Below are positions 9,790 to 19,880 of a DNA stretch of 64,000 nt, in pieces. The stretch is from Nitrospiraceae bacterium (lineage in GTDB: Bacteria; Nitrospirota; Nitrospiria; Nitrospirales; Nitrospiraceae): the NCBI GenBank assembly GCA_050246315.1, contig JBFWWG010000005.1:32001-96000 (forward strand), given 5' to 3'. Made by a program: the position numbers and the translations under genes. The notes under the pieces were generated by a model. The model saw only the letters and a list, made by a program, of their open reading frames with translations. It searched no databases and had not been told where the DNA came from. Numbering within the stretch: the stretch's first letter is position 1; every line of letters begins with the position of its first letter.

Positions 9790-11180
9790 TCGCCAGAATG
9801 GACGAGAGCGAGCATCAAGAGGCGGCCTGCTGGATCGATCCGGAGCGCAAGCACGTGGTGATCCTGGGCGGAGGCTTCGGCGGAGTCTCTGCCGCCTTGG
9901 AATTCGAGAAGACGCTGGCCTGTGACCCTGGGGTGCAGATCACGCTCGTCAACCGAGAAAACTTCTTTCTCTTCACCCCGATGCTGCACGAGGTGGCGTC
10001 CAGCGACCTGGATATGACCAACATCGTCAACCCGATCCGCAAGCTGCTGCGTCGCGTGGAGTTCTTTCACGGTGAGGTGCACTCGATCGATCTGGCACAG
10101 AAGCAGGTCCACGTGGTCCACGGGCGGACCTCCCACGGACACACGCTGCCCTATGATCATCTGGTGCTGGCCTTCGGATCGGTCACGAACTTCTACAATC
10201 TTCCCGGTCTGGCGGAGCGGGCCTTGACGATGAAGACGCTCGGCGACGCCATTTATCTGCGTAATCGCATGATCGCCCATATGGAGGAGGCCGACTTCGA
10301 ATGTTCGGCCTCGCTGCGGAAGCCGCTGTTGACCTTCGTGGTCGCGGGCGGCGGGTTCGCCGGAGTGGAAACGATCGCCGGCATGAACGACTTTCTTCGG
10401 GAGGCGATGTCGTTCTATCCACACCTCCGGCCCGATATGCTTCGACTGATGCTGGTGCATTCAGGCGGCGTCATACTGCCGGAACTCGGCGAGCAATTGG
10501 GCCGGTATGCCCACAAGAAGCTGTCGGAACGCGGCGTCGAGATCAGGACCAACACGAAGGTGGTCGAACTGTCGGATCATGAAGTGCGTTTGAGCGATGG
10601 GACGCGTCTTACCACAGCGACCGTCGTCTGGACGGCGGGAACCGCGCCCAATCCACTGCTCTCCTCGTTGCCATGTCAGTCTAAAGGCGGGCGATTGCTC
10701 GTGAACGATTGTCTGGAGGTGCCGGGCTGGTCCGGCGTCTGGGCGCTCGGCGACTGCGCGCTGATTCCGGATCAAGTGACCGGCGGCTACCATCCGCCGA
10801 CGGGCCAACATGCGCTGCGGGAAGGAAAGATCGTCGCCCGCAACGTCACGGCGGCTTTGCGTGGGACGGCACGGCAGCCGTTCCGGTTCAAGACGATCGG
10901 CCAGCTTGCGGCCATCGGCCGGCGCACGGGCGTCGCCAGAATCCTTGGCTTCAATTTTTCCGGTGTGATTGCCTGGTCTCTGTGGCGGGGGATTTACCTC
11001 AGCAAGCTCCCGCGCATCGAAAAGAAAGTGCGCGTGGCGCTCGATTGGATGCTCGATGTCATTTTCTCGAAGGATCTGGTGCAGTTCCAGACGGTACGGG
11101 GTGAGGCTCCGGCGGCCATTGCGATGACTCGGCCGGCGGCTCAGGTTACCGGAGAGCCGGTGGGTTCGAGTATGAGCTGA
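9786..11180 (+). CDS. type II NADH dehydrogenase-like FAD oxidoreductase
   Basis: GGGFGG and GGGFAGVE motifs, WTAG, ALGD; ATGA overlap with GMC gene. Confidence 0.88.
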   Translation: MIARMDESEHQEAACWIDPERKHVVILGGGFGGVSAALEFEKTLACDPGVQITLVNRENFFLFTPMLHEVASSDLDMTNIVNPIRKLLRRVEFFHGEVHSIDLAQKQVHVVHGRTSHGHTLPYDHLVLAFGSVTNFYNLPGLAERALTMKTLGDAIYLRNRMIAHMEEADFECSASLRKPLLTFVVAGGGFAGVETIAGMNDFLREAMSFYPHLRPDMLRLMLVHSGGVILPELGEQLGRYAHKKLSERGVEIRTNTKVVELSDHEVRLSDGTRLTTATVVWTAGTAPNPLLSSLPCQSKGGRLLVNDCLEVPGWSGVWALGDCALIPDQVTGGYHPPTGQHALREGKIVARNVTAALRGTARQPFRFKTIGQLAAIGRRTGVARILGFNFSGVIAWSLWRGIYLSKLPRIEKKVRVALDWMLDVIFSKDLVQFQTVRGEAPAAIAMTRPAAQVTGEPVGSSMS

Positions 11181-11183
11181 TCC

Positions 11184-12263
11184 ATGTTGATGAGAAACCG
11201 ATTAACCCGCTGCTCTGCGATCCTCGCAGTCCTCCTGTGTCTGCCGACAATGCCGGCGACAGCAGGAGAGCATTATGTCGCAGTCACCGCGGTGAAGGCC
11301 ATCGGCTTCACCGTTTCCGATATGGACCGGTCCATCGCCTTCTACCGCGATGTGCTGACGTTTGAACAAGTCAGCGATGTGGAGGTGGATGGACCGGAGT
11401 ACGATCAACTCTATGGCATCTTCGGCGTACGGGCGCGTGTCGTGCGCATGCAGCTCGGCGAGCAACAGATCGAGCTGACTCAGTTCATCTCGCCGCCGGA
11501 TCTTCGGCCGATGCCGATGCCGTCGTACAGTCATGACCTGTGGTTTCAGCACTTCGCGATCGTCGTGCGCGATATGGAAGCCGCCTGGACGCAGTTGCGC
11601 AAGCATCACGTCCGCCAAATTTCGCCGAGGCCGCAAACGATTCCCGTGACCAATCCACCTGCCGCCGGCATCAAAGCGATCAAATTTCGAGATCCGGACG
11701 GCCACAATCTTGAACTCCTCTGGTTTCCGGCGGACAAGGGGAACCCCATCTGGAAGAGATCATTCTCACCCGCCCACCCCGGAGCCGCCGAGACGGCTCC
11801 TCTACCCGAATCGGACCTGTTCATGGGCATCGACCATACGGCCATGACCGTGCGGAGCACGGAAAGCAGTACAAAATTCTATCGCGATCTGTTGGGCATG
11901 ACGGTGGCCGGAGGGACGCTCAATATGGGCACCACCCAACAGTATCTCGATAGTTTGCCCGGTGCCCGGACGCGCGTGACCGGCCTGACGCCGATGGCCA
12001 GTCCGCCGGGCCTGGAGTTTCTCGAATATGAATTGCCCGCAGCCGGCCGGCCATTTCCCACCGATTCGCGCCCGACGGATCTCTGGCATTGGCAAACCAC
12101 GTTGGTCGTTTCTGACATCGAGGCTGCGGCTGCTCAATTGCAGGGAATGGGGCAAATGATTTCCTCCGGGGTTGCCACGTTCCCGGAGAAGGCATTGGGA
12201 TTTGGAAAAGGCTTTATCGTCCGGGATTCGGATGGGCATGCCATGCAGATTGTGTCGCCATGA
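11184..12263 (+). CDS. secreted VOC/glyoxalase family protein (two domains)
   Basis: Signal peptide; SIAFYRDVL, DPDGHNLEL, IDHTAM, DSDGH. Confidence 0.8.
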   Translation: MLMRNRLTRCSAILAVLLCLPTMPATAGEHYVAVTAVKAIGFTVSDMDRSIAFYRDVLTFEQVSDVEVDGPEYDQLYGIFGVRARVVRMQLGEQQIELTQFISPPDLRPMPMPSYSHDLWFQHFAIVVRDMEAAWTQLRKHHVRQISPRPQTIPVTNPPAAGIKAIKFRDPDGHNLELLWFPADKGNPIWKRSFSPAHPGAAETAPLPESDLFMGIDHTAMTVRSTESSTKFYRDLLGMTVAGGTLNMGTTQQYLDSLPGARTRVTGLTPMASPPGLEFLEYELPAAGRPFPTDSRPTDLWHWQTTLVVSDIEAAAAQLQGMGQMISSGVATFPEKALGFGKGFIVRDSDGHAMQIVSP

Positions 12264-13072
12264 GCACGACGACCGTCGCGGCGATCGGATTGCCGAAGAT
12301 GATATCGACGTGGGTCAAGCTGAGCCTTGGAACGGCAGCGATCGTCGTCGGCTGGTGGGGTGTCGCCTCGGTCGACTATGAGCGGTATCTTTCTCCGACC
12401 ATCATAACGGAGTGGTTGCAGGATGCCGGTCCCCTGGCGCCACTACTCCTGATTGGCAGCATGGCTTGTGCGGTCGTCATCCCTCCGATTCCGAGTCTGC
12501 CGCTCGATCTTGCGGCGGGAGCCGTCTTCGGGCCGTTCCTCGGTACTGTGTATGCGGTATTGGGAGCGGAGGTGGGGGCTATCGGCGCGTTTCTCATCGC
12601 CCGTTCAGCCGGGCGTGAGACCCTGTCCCGGTATCTCAAGACCGACGCAGTGTTCTGCCAGATGTGCACGGACCATCAACTGATGGGGCTCACGTTCTTC
12701 GCGCGGCTGATCCCGGTCTTTTCGTTCGACGTGGTGAGCTATGGCGCCGGCTTGAGCAATATTTCCCTCAGAACCTTTGCGTTGGCGACGTTGTTCGGGA
12801 TGATCCCGCCGACCTTCGCCTTCACCTATCTGGGCAGCAGCGTGGCCTCGGCCCAATGGTCGTTGATCATGGCAGGCGGCCTGATGGTGTTGTTCTTCCT
12901 CTTGATGCCCAAGCTGCTCGCACGACATCGGAGGAGCGCTTTCGCTCGGTTGTTCCTGGGACCTCCTCCGGTGGCCGAACTCGACACCTCCAGGACGTCC
13001 ACACCTGTTCGTCCAGAGCGATCGCCTTCTCCCTTCTGTGCAGGCTGCGGCACATTACTCATCCAAAGGTGA
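12260..13072 (+). CDS. TVP38/TMEM64 (VTT/DedA) membrane protein
   Basis: AAGAVFG, RLIPVFSFDVVSYGAGL. Confidence 0.85.
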   Translation: MSTTTVAAIGLPKMISTWVKLSLGTAAIVVGWWGVASVDYERYLSPTIITEWLQDAGPLAPLLLIGSMACAVVIPPIPSLPLDLAAGAVFGPFLGTVYAVLGAEVGAIGAFLIARSAGRETLSRYLKTDAVFCQMCTDHQLMGLTFFARLIPVFSFDVVSYGAGLSNISLRTFALATLFGMIPPTFAFTYLGSSVASAQWSLIMAGGLMVLFFLLMPKLLARHRRSAFARLFLGPPPVAELDTSRTSTPVRPERSPSPFCAGCGTLLIQR

Positions 13073-13240
13073 CTGTCAGCGACTCGTTCTCGGCCGCCCA
13101 TCCCCATGCGGCGCACTCCTCTCCTCCCAAGAGTCTTCCCCCCGACGGGTCACTCTTGACGCGGCCGCGGGCCGCTGATACGATTCGGTAACCTAACTAT
13201 AAAGAGTGAAGCCGGTGAGGAGGAAGAAAGGGAGGTCTGC

Positions 13241-13858
13241 ATGACGCAGCATGAACGGATCGTGGCGATGCTCTATAGCGATCCAAATTGTCCGTTCTGT
13301 TATGCCCTTGGGGAGCGTCTGCTGCTCCTCGGCGTGGAGCATGAGATCGAATGGCGTGGCGTTCAACATGCGCCGCATCTACCGATTCCGCGGGACGAAC
13401 GCAACGCTCGCCTGAATGCTGAGATCGGCCGTGAAGTGCACTTCGTGGGGCGACTGGCGCCGGAGGTGCCGATTCGGACCTTGCGCGGAAAGCCGAATAC
13501 CGGTCCGGCCATACGGGCGATTGCGGCGGCGCTCCACATCGATCCCGCTCTGGGACATGCACTGAAGCGACGAGTGTATCGAAGCCTCTGGCAGTCGGAC
13601 GCGGATATTTCGGACGAACAGGTCATTGCGGCTTGCGTGCGCGGGGTGGGCCTGCCGGAACTGCACATCGGCTCCGACATTGATGCGTTGACGAAGCGAT
13701 GGCAGCAGGAGTGGGCAGAGGTGGGGGTGAACAGTGTGCCCTTGCTGGTCCGCCGCGACGGGGAACTACTCAGTGGACTCGTGACAACGGAGCAGTTGGC
13801 AGAGTTTTTTGACCTCACATCAAGCAGGGAGATTCGGTCGGTCGTGAGTCGAGCCTAA
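13241..13858 (+). CDS. DsbA/FrnE-like thioredoxin-fold protein
   Basis: SDPNCPFCY CxxC and GVNSVP cis-Pro loop. Confidence 0.8.
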   Translation: MTQHERIVAMLYSDPNCPFCYALGERLLLLGVEHEIEWRGVQHAPHLPIPRDERNARLNAEIGREVHFVGRLAPEVPIRTLRGKPNTGPAIRAIAAALHIDPALGHALKRRVYRSLWQSDADISDEQVIAACVRGVGLPELHIGSDIDALTKRWQQEWAEVGVNSVPLLVRRDGELLSGLVTTEQLAEFFDLTSSREIRSVVSRA

Positions 13859-13908
13859 GGCGGCGTGCATGGTCGTTTATCATACCTACACAGCATGGAG
13901 GAATCAGG

Positions 13909-14358
13909 ATGAAGCAGTCATCTCGGGCCGCGTCGTTGGTGCTGATGGGCGTGATCGGTCTTGTGGGATTCGTTGGGTGCGCGGAAACCCAGATGGCGTC
14001 CAAGCCAAGCCTATATCAACGGTTGGGTGGGAAGGAGGCGATCACCGCGGTGGTCGATAAGTTTGTGGGGAACGTCGCTGCCGACAACCGCATTAACAAA
14101 TTCTTCGCGAGCACGGATATCCCCAAACTGAAGACCCATCTGGTCGATCAGGTCTGCGAGGCGACCGGCGGTCCGTGCAAGTACAAGGGCCGAACGATGA
14201 AGGCGACCCATGCCGGCATGGGCTTGACCAATGCGGATTTTGACGCCCTGGTCCAGGACTTGGTGGCCGCGCTGGATTTCTACAAAGTCGGGAAGGTTGA
14301 GAAGGACGAGCTGCTCGCGGCCCTCGGTCCCATGAGGAGCGAGATCGTCGAACGATAG
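13909..14358 (+). CDS. group 1 truncated hemoglobin with lipoprotein signal
   Basis: SLYQRLGG, GGPCKYKGRTMKATH; FVGC lipobox-like motif. Confidence 0.9.
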   Translation: MKQSSRAASLVLMGVIGLVGFVGCAETQMASKPSLYQRLGGKEAITAVVDKFVGNVAADNRINKFFASTDIPKLKTHLVDQVCEATGGPCKYKGRTMKATHAGMGLTNADFDALVQDLVAALDFYKVGKVEKDELLAALGPMRSEIVER

Positions 14359-14655
14359 GACCTTGCCCTGCTGTGATCGCGATCGCCGAAGCCGACGCAC
14401 CTTGTACTGAATCTTCCACGCCACATTTCATTCACTCTTCCGCATGACGACTCCGGGAAGGTTCCGACCAACTCGGTGCTCCGTTCGCTCAGTTGGCGAT
14501 CCAGACAACGGTCGCCGTCCGGTCTGCGCACGATGAGCCGCTCGAATCGGACGGGCAAGCCGTGTATCCTGCAAGTTCCCGCTGCCTGACCGGGCAGTCC
14601 AGTCGTCACGTTGGCCAGTATTGTCCCTGGACGGTTTTCACGGGAATCTCTGGCG

Positions 14656-16056
14656 ATGCCCGAGACATCTCAGCAATTTTCGATCGTTGATGCACCGGGA
14701 AAGCGGTGGCTTCTCGGCCATGTGCTGGAGTTCAAACGCAGCCCTCTTGCAACGATGACGAGATGGCGGGAGCGCTGCGGCGACTTTGTTCGTTTCTCGC
14801 TGGGGCCCAAAGATCTACACCTCCTAAGCCATCCGGTCCTTGCCGAGGAGGTGCTGGTCAAGCAAGCCGATGTCTTCGCCAAGGTCTACGACCCGAACAG
14901 GCCGACCGGATTGGCGCTGGTGCTCGGCAACGGTCTATTGACCAGCGGAGGCGAACTCTGGCGGCGGCAACGCCGGCTGATTCAGCCGATGTTTCAGCGC
15001 GCGAGGGTGGCGCGGATGTCGATACAAATGGTCGAGGCCGCTGAGCAAATGCTGGCGCGATGGGCGCAGCGGCGCCCCGGCGAACCATGTGACGTGGCCG
15101 CTGAGATGATGCAGTTGGCGCTGGAGGTCGTGACTCGCACGATGTTCAGCACCAGCCTATTGAAGGATGTGGGCTCATTGGGACCGTCGTTGCTCGTTTT
15201 GATCCGCTATGCCTTTCGGTCTTTTCACAATCCCGTTCGGTTGCCGCTTTGGGTGCCGACCGCCTCGAACCGTGAGTTTCTCCGGGCCAAGCAATTGGTC
15301 GATCGGATGATCTATGGTTTGATCGAGGAACGGCGCAGATCCGGCGCAAGACGGGATGATCTGCTGGATGCGCTGCTATGGACGGTCGATCCCGAAACGG
15401 GTAAGGGGTTGAGCGAACAACAGCAGCGGGACGAGCTGCTGACGATCGCGGCGGCCGGCCACGAAACCACCGCGAATGCGTTGACCTGGACCTGGTATCT
15501 GCTCGCCGGCAATCCGACCGCGGCATTCCGATTGAGGGAGGAATTGGCCGATGTACTTGGCGGTCGCGCTCCCACGATCGACGATCTGCCCAGGCTCTCG
15601 TATACGCGTGCGGTGTTTGAGGAGGCCTTACGCCTTTATCCGCCGGCTCCGGCGGTTCAACGGCGAGCCACCAGGGATACAGCGGTCGGTGGCCAGCCGC
15701 TGCCGGCCGGATCGATCGTGCTCGTGAGTCTCTGGAACATCCATCGCCACCCTGCGTTCTGGGAACAGCCGGAGCAGTTCGATCCGGATCGGTTTGCGGG
15801 CCATCGCGCCGACAGCGACCACCACGCGGCGTTTCTCCCATTCGGTTCCGGACCTCGGACCTGCATCGGCAACCATTTTGCCATGGTGGAAGGAGTGCTT
15901 CTGCTGGCGCTGATCGCGCAACGTTACGAGCTGTACTTGGTCCCTGACGCAAGAGTGGAGATGGAATTGGCCGTGACGTTACGGCCAAGGTACGGGCTTC
16001 CCATGATCTTGCGGCCGAGAGACCGCAGGTCTCCCTCCACCGCACATCGCGATTGA
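14656..16056 (+). CDS. cytochrome P450
   Basis: AGHETT I-helix, EALRLYPP, FGSGPRTCIG heme motif. Confidence 0.93.
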   Translation: MPETSQQFSIVDAPGKRWLLGHVLEFKRSPLATMTRWRERCGDFVRFSLGPKDLHLLSHPVLAEEVLVKQADVFAKVYDPNRPTGLALVLGNGLLTSGGELWRRQRRLIQPMFQRARVARMSIQMVEAAEQMLARWAQRRPGEPCDVAAEMMQLALEVVTRTMFSTSLLKDVGSLGPSLLVLIRYAFRSFHNPVRLPLWVPTASNREFLRAKQLVDRMIYGLIEERRRSGARRDDLLDALLWTVDPETGKGLSEQQQRDELLTIAAAGHETTANALTWTWYLLAGNPTAAFRLREELADVLGGRAPTIDDLPRLSYTRAVFEEALRLYPPAPAVQRRATRDTAVGGQPLPAGSIVLVSLWNIHRHPAFWEQPEQFDPDRFAGHRADSDHHAAFLPFGSGPRTCIGNHFAMVEGVLLLALIAQRYELYLVPDARVEMELAVTLRPRYGLPMILRPRDRRSPSTAHRD

Positions 16057-16094
16057 ACGATCGGCAACCGCACAAGATCGACTATGATCGTGCC

Positions 16095-17000
16095 TCAATT
16101 GACGGAGAGTCTGTCTTTGAAAGTCAATTCCGCCACGGCGGACTTGTCCAACTCGCCTTTTCCAAGGGAGACGAGCCGCCGATACTGGTCGTAAGCGGCC
16201 TTGGCCAAGGGCAGTTGTAATCCCGCCACCTCGGCCAAACTCAGGGCGATGCCGGAATCCTTGGCCGCGTGGGCCGCGGAGAAATAACAGTCGTGCGCCC
16301 GCTGCTGCATATCCTCGCCGTCGGTTTCGAGCACCCGCGAATGGGCGCCGGTTTGAGCAAAGACCTCCCGCAACATGGTCAGGTCGAGCCCGAGTGCGTC
16401 GCCCAGGCCGAGCCCTTCGGCCAGCGCCGCCGTATTGCAGTTCATCACCATGTTGACAAGCGCCTTGACCTTGGCGGCTTCTCCGGCCGCACCGATATAA
16501 CGCAATCGTTCGCTCATGGCCTCCAGCAACGGTCTGGCCCGCTCGAACGTGTCGCTTCGACCGCCGCACATCAGATAGAGGCGGCCCTCTCTGGCCTGTG
16601 TAATGCTGCTCGCCATACAGGCCTCAAGGCTCCGGCCGCCGCTTTGCTCGACGAGCCGTTCCACCTCCACATGAATCGACGGCGTGAGTGTGGCGCAGTT
16701 GATGAACAGACGATCCTTGGCATGGACGAGCAGGCTGTCCGGGCGGCCGGGGTCAAAGAGACCGAGCATGGCCGCGTCGTCCGTGACGACGGTCAGCACG
16801 GTATCTGAGTATTCGGCCACATGAGCCGGCGAAGCAGCCGCCGCGCACCCGAGTTCGCCCGCAAGTGCGCTGGCTTTTGCTCGATCCGTGTCATAGACTG
16901 CCGTGAGAACATGCTGCGTGTCCTTCAAGCGACGGGCCATGTTGGCCCCCATGCGTCCGACTCCGATAAACCCGATGCGGTAGCTCGATGATGGCGCCAT
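16095..17000 (-). CDS. 3-hydroxyisobutyrate dehydrogenase-like NAD(P) oxidoreductase
   Basis: IGFIGVGRMGANMA, AAKVKALVN, KDSGIAL. Confidence 0.88.
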   Translation of the reverse strand: MAPSSSYRIGFIGVGRMGANMARRLKDTQHVLTAVYDTDRAKASALAGELGCAAAASPAHVAEYSDTVLTVVTDDAAMLGLFDPGRPDSLLVHAKDRLFINCATLTPSIHVEVERLVEQSGGRSLEACMASSITQAREGRLYLMCGGRSDTFERARPLLEAMSERLRYIGAAGEAAKVKALVNMVMNCNTAALAEGLGLGDALGLDLTMLREVFAQTGAHSRVLETDGEDMQQRAHDCYFSAAHAAKDSGIALSLAEVAGLQLPLAKAAYDQYRRLVSLGKGELDKSAVAELTFKDRLSVN

Positions 17001-17122
17001 AGGGATGTTCCTTGGTTGATAGAATTCCCGGAAATGATGGATGCGATGAGACGATCGTGCGGGCAGTCTAGCACATTCGCACTGATGACTCAGTCGAGCT
17101 GCGGGACGAAAGGAATGACACG

Positions 17123-17314
17123 GTGAATCAGCCGATCGTGGGGTATCATCTCGACGAATATCAAGATTGGGTGGCCGACCTGGCCTGCGGCCATGGGCAG
17201 CATGTGCGCCATCAACCGCCGATGACGAGCCGGCCCTGGGTATTGACGGAAGAGGGACGGCGATCGCATCTTGGGACTATCCTGAACTGCAAGAAATGCG
17301 ACGGAGAAGGGTAG
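17123..17314 (+). CDS. DUF3565 family small protein
   Basis: WVADLACGHGQHVRHQPP...RPWV...CKKC. Confidence 0.8.
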   Translation: MNQPIVGYHLDEYQDWVADLACGHGQHVRHQPPMTSRPWVLTEEGRRSHLGTILNCKKCDGEG

Positions 17315-17356
17315 AGGACAGGACGACCGACTGCCTGCGAGCATCAGGCACGTGAT

Positions 17357-18466
17357 CTATTCAATAACGGTGGTCTGCGTCGGAAGGTCAACAACCATAT
17401 CAAGGCCGGCACCGTGCCAGGGTTGCAGGCACGGGCCGTCGTACCGGTAGCCACCCCGTATCGGGTCCTCGGCGAGGAGCAGCGGCGTGTCGAGATCCAA
17501 GACATCGAATCCGCCGCATCCGAGGACCAGGCTGAAAGAGCAACCCATCGCGATTCTGGCTTCAACCATGCCGCCGATCATCAAGCGGAGGCCCGAGGCC
17601 CGCGCGAACGAGGCGATGTCCAGCGCCGACGCCACGCCGGTTTTCATGATCTTGATATTGATATAGTCCGCCGCCTGTTTGGACAGGACGGTCTTGGCAT
17701 CTTCGAGCGAGCGGACCGATTCGTCGGCCGCGACGGGAATGCCGGTGAGATGGCGCAAGGCCGCCAATCCATCCAGATCATCCCTCACGAGCGGCTGTTC
17801 GAGCAGAACCAGACGTCCGCCGAACCGTCTCACGCCGGTCACGAAGGCTAGGCAAGCTTCCCGCGAATAGCCCTGGTTGGCATCGCCGATAAACGTGAGA
17901 TCCGGCATCAGCCGATGCACCGCTTCGAGCCGACGGATATCGCCATCCAGGTCCTGACCGACCTTCATCTTGAACAGGCGAAATCCTCGCTCGAGCCAAT
18001 GTCGGGCCAGCCTCACGGTGTTGTCGAGGTCCGCGATGGGAATGGTGATGTCCGTCTCACGTGGCCGGACGTCCGCGCCGCCCCAAAGGGCCCAGAGGGG
18101 CTGTCCAGTTGCATGACAGTAGGCATCGGCGAGGGCGGTTTCGAGTCCGCAGCGTGCCGAGGGGTGTGCGGAGGCCTGCGCGTGCAGGCTATGGTCGAGT
18201 ATCCGATAGTCCGCTGCCGACCGCCCGAGCAGGGTTGTCGCCAGGTCGGTGGCTGCGATCAAACAGGCCTCTCTGGTTTCGCCGCCGACTTCCGGAAAAG
18301 GGGCCGCCTCTCCATAGCCTTGCGCGCCGCTCGCGAGGGTGATGCGCATGAAAATATTTTCGGCCAAGGTCCTGGCCCCGGTGGCAACTACGAACGGGTC
18401 CGTGAGGGGGAGATCGACCGGCCAGAGCTCGATACGGGTGACGGTCAGTGCGGGATCGTGCATCAA
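17357..18466 (-). CDS. dipeptide epimerase (L-Ala-D/L-Glu epimerase, enolase superfamily)
   Basis: KMKVG, DANQG, EQP, DES, NIKIMK, DLD motif. Confidence 0.88.
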   Translation of the reverse strand: MMHDPALTVTRIELWPVDLPLTDPFVVATGARTLAENIFMRITLASGAQGYGEAAPFPEVGGETREACLIAATDLATTLLGRSAADYRILDHSLHAQASAHPSARCGLETALADAYCHATGQPLWALWGGADVRPRETDITIPIADLDNTVRLARHWLERGFRLFKMKVGQDLDGDIRRLEAVHRLMPDLTFIGDANQGYSREACLAFVTGVRRFGGRLVLLEQPLVRDDLDGLAALRHLTGIPVAADESVRSLEDAKTVLSKQAADYINIKIMKTGVASALDIASFARASGLRLMIGGMVEARIAMGCSFSLVLGCGGFDVLDLDTPLLLAEDPIRGGYRYDGPCLQPWHGAGLDMVVDLPTQTTVIE

Positions 18467-18508
18467 ACAATTGTCTCCAAGCTGGTCATGACATCGAATC
18501 GCATGGGC

Positions 18509-18785
18509 TAGCCCACATTATTCATGATGGTTCGTGACGAAACCGCTCAGACGCCATCCGTCGGACCCATTGCATGGAGAAGAGCAACGGGTACCCCCAC
18601 ACGGAGTCCCGAGGGGGCGAGGCATACTTGAAGCAGTATGTCGAGGCCACGCGGGGCGTGCCTGGCCGCTTGGGAGCCGAGCACTCGCTCCCAAGCTGGT
18701 CGCAGCCGGGGCGACCCGTTGCTTATTGATCGCAACGGGTCGCCCCGGCGGTTGCAGTAGAAGCATTCATGAATATTGTGGGCTA
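18509..18785. repeat. MITE-like element
   Basis: 19-bp TIRs tagcccacattattcatga / tcatgaatattgtgggcta (1 mismatch); internal hairpins shared with 5932-6104. Confidence 0.8.
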
Positions 18786-18942
18786 AATACCGTGTTCTCC
18801 AGACTATCGCAAGAGGTGGCAGCGTCCCTATAGGGCTGCCCGGCCGGTCTCACTCCTTGCACGAAGGGCGAAATTGACGGCCTAGCCAAAAGTATTGTAG
18901 CTTTCACCCCAAGATTTCCCGTTTCTCGTTTGTCCCTCCGGA

Positions 18943-19845
18943 GTGACACCCGTGCGGCTTGCCCGAGATCCGTTATCGCACCATGCTTCCTCATCCGGCC
19001 TGGTCTTGACGCGGACCAAGGTGGTGGCGCTCGGGCTCGCGGCCTTGTTCCTGCTCGCATTCATCTGCGCACAGCGGACATCGTCGCCCACGGCGGGCGG
19101 TGTGGTGCGTGGCGCCGAGGCCGGTAAATTGTCCCTGTCGGTGGAGGACGGCAAGATCGTCCTACGCGGGGCGGTTGCGGATTCGGTCAAACAGTTGCTC
19201 GTAGCTAAGGCCTATCAGGCGTTCGGCGCGGGATATGTCGCCAATCATCTGACGGTGGTGCCGGGCGCGACGGCGGAGGAGTGGTCCCTGAAGGCGGCCG
19301 AGTCGATCCAAAAGCTCAAATCGTGGGGGAGCGGCGGGCTGTTGTTCGAAGGGCGGCAGGTGATCGTGAAAGGTGACGCGAAAAATGAGACCGAAAAGAC
19401 CAAGCGGACGGAGGACCTAGTCGGCGTCTTCGGTCCAGTGCTGAAGGTTGAGAACCACATGCAGTTGCCGGACCAGCCCAAGCCCTCGCCGATAGTGGCG
19501 AAAATTCATGAGGCGTTGGCCGGCAAGACGATCGAGTTCGAGGTCAGCTCCGCCACCCTGGCGCCGAGGGGGATGAAGGTGCTGGATGAGCTGGTGCCCA
19601 TCATTCAATCGGACAAGGATGTGAAGCTGGAGATCGGCGGCCACACGGACAATTACGGCGATCCGAAGTTCAACCAGTTGATCAGTCACGCGCGTGCGGC
19701 CGCGGTGGCTCAGTATTTGGCATCAAAGGGCGTCGATGGGCGTCGCCTGGTCTCGAAAGGCTATGGCGAATCGAAACCCATCGCCAGTAACAAAACCAAG
19801 GATGGGCGCAAGCAGAACCGGCGCGTGACGTTCGAGGCGCTGTAG
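18943..19845 (+). CDS. membrane-anchored BON + OmpA C-like domain protein (ArfA-like)
   Basis: N-terminal TM; two BON-like repeats; IGGHTD, GYGESKPIASN, NRRV. Confidence 0.85.
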   Translation: MTPVRLARDPLSHHASSSGLVLTRTKVVALGLAALFLLAFICAQRTSSPTAGGVVRGAEAGKLSLSVEDGKIVLRGAVADSVKQLLVAKAYQAFGAGYVANHLTVVPGATAEEWSLKAAESIQKLKSWGSGGLLFEGRQVIVKGDAKNETEKTKRTEDLVGVFGPVLKVENHMQLPDQPKPSPIVAKIHEALAGKTIEFEVSSATLAPRGMKVLDELVPIIQSDKDVKLEIGGHTDNYGDPKFNQLISHARAAAVAQYLASKGVDGRRLVSKGYGESKPIASNKTKDGRKQNRRVTFEAL

Positions 19846-19880
19846 GCGGGACCGGTTCCGGTCTCCGTAGGATCTTTTCG

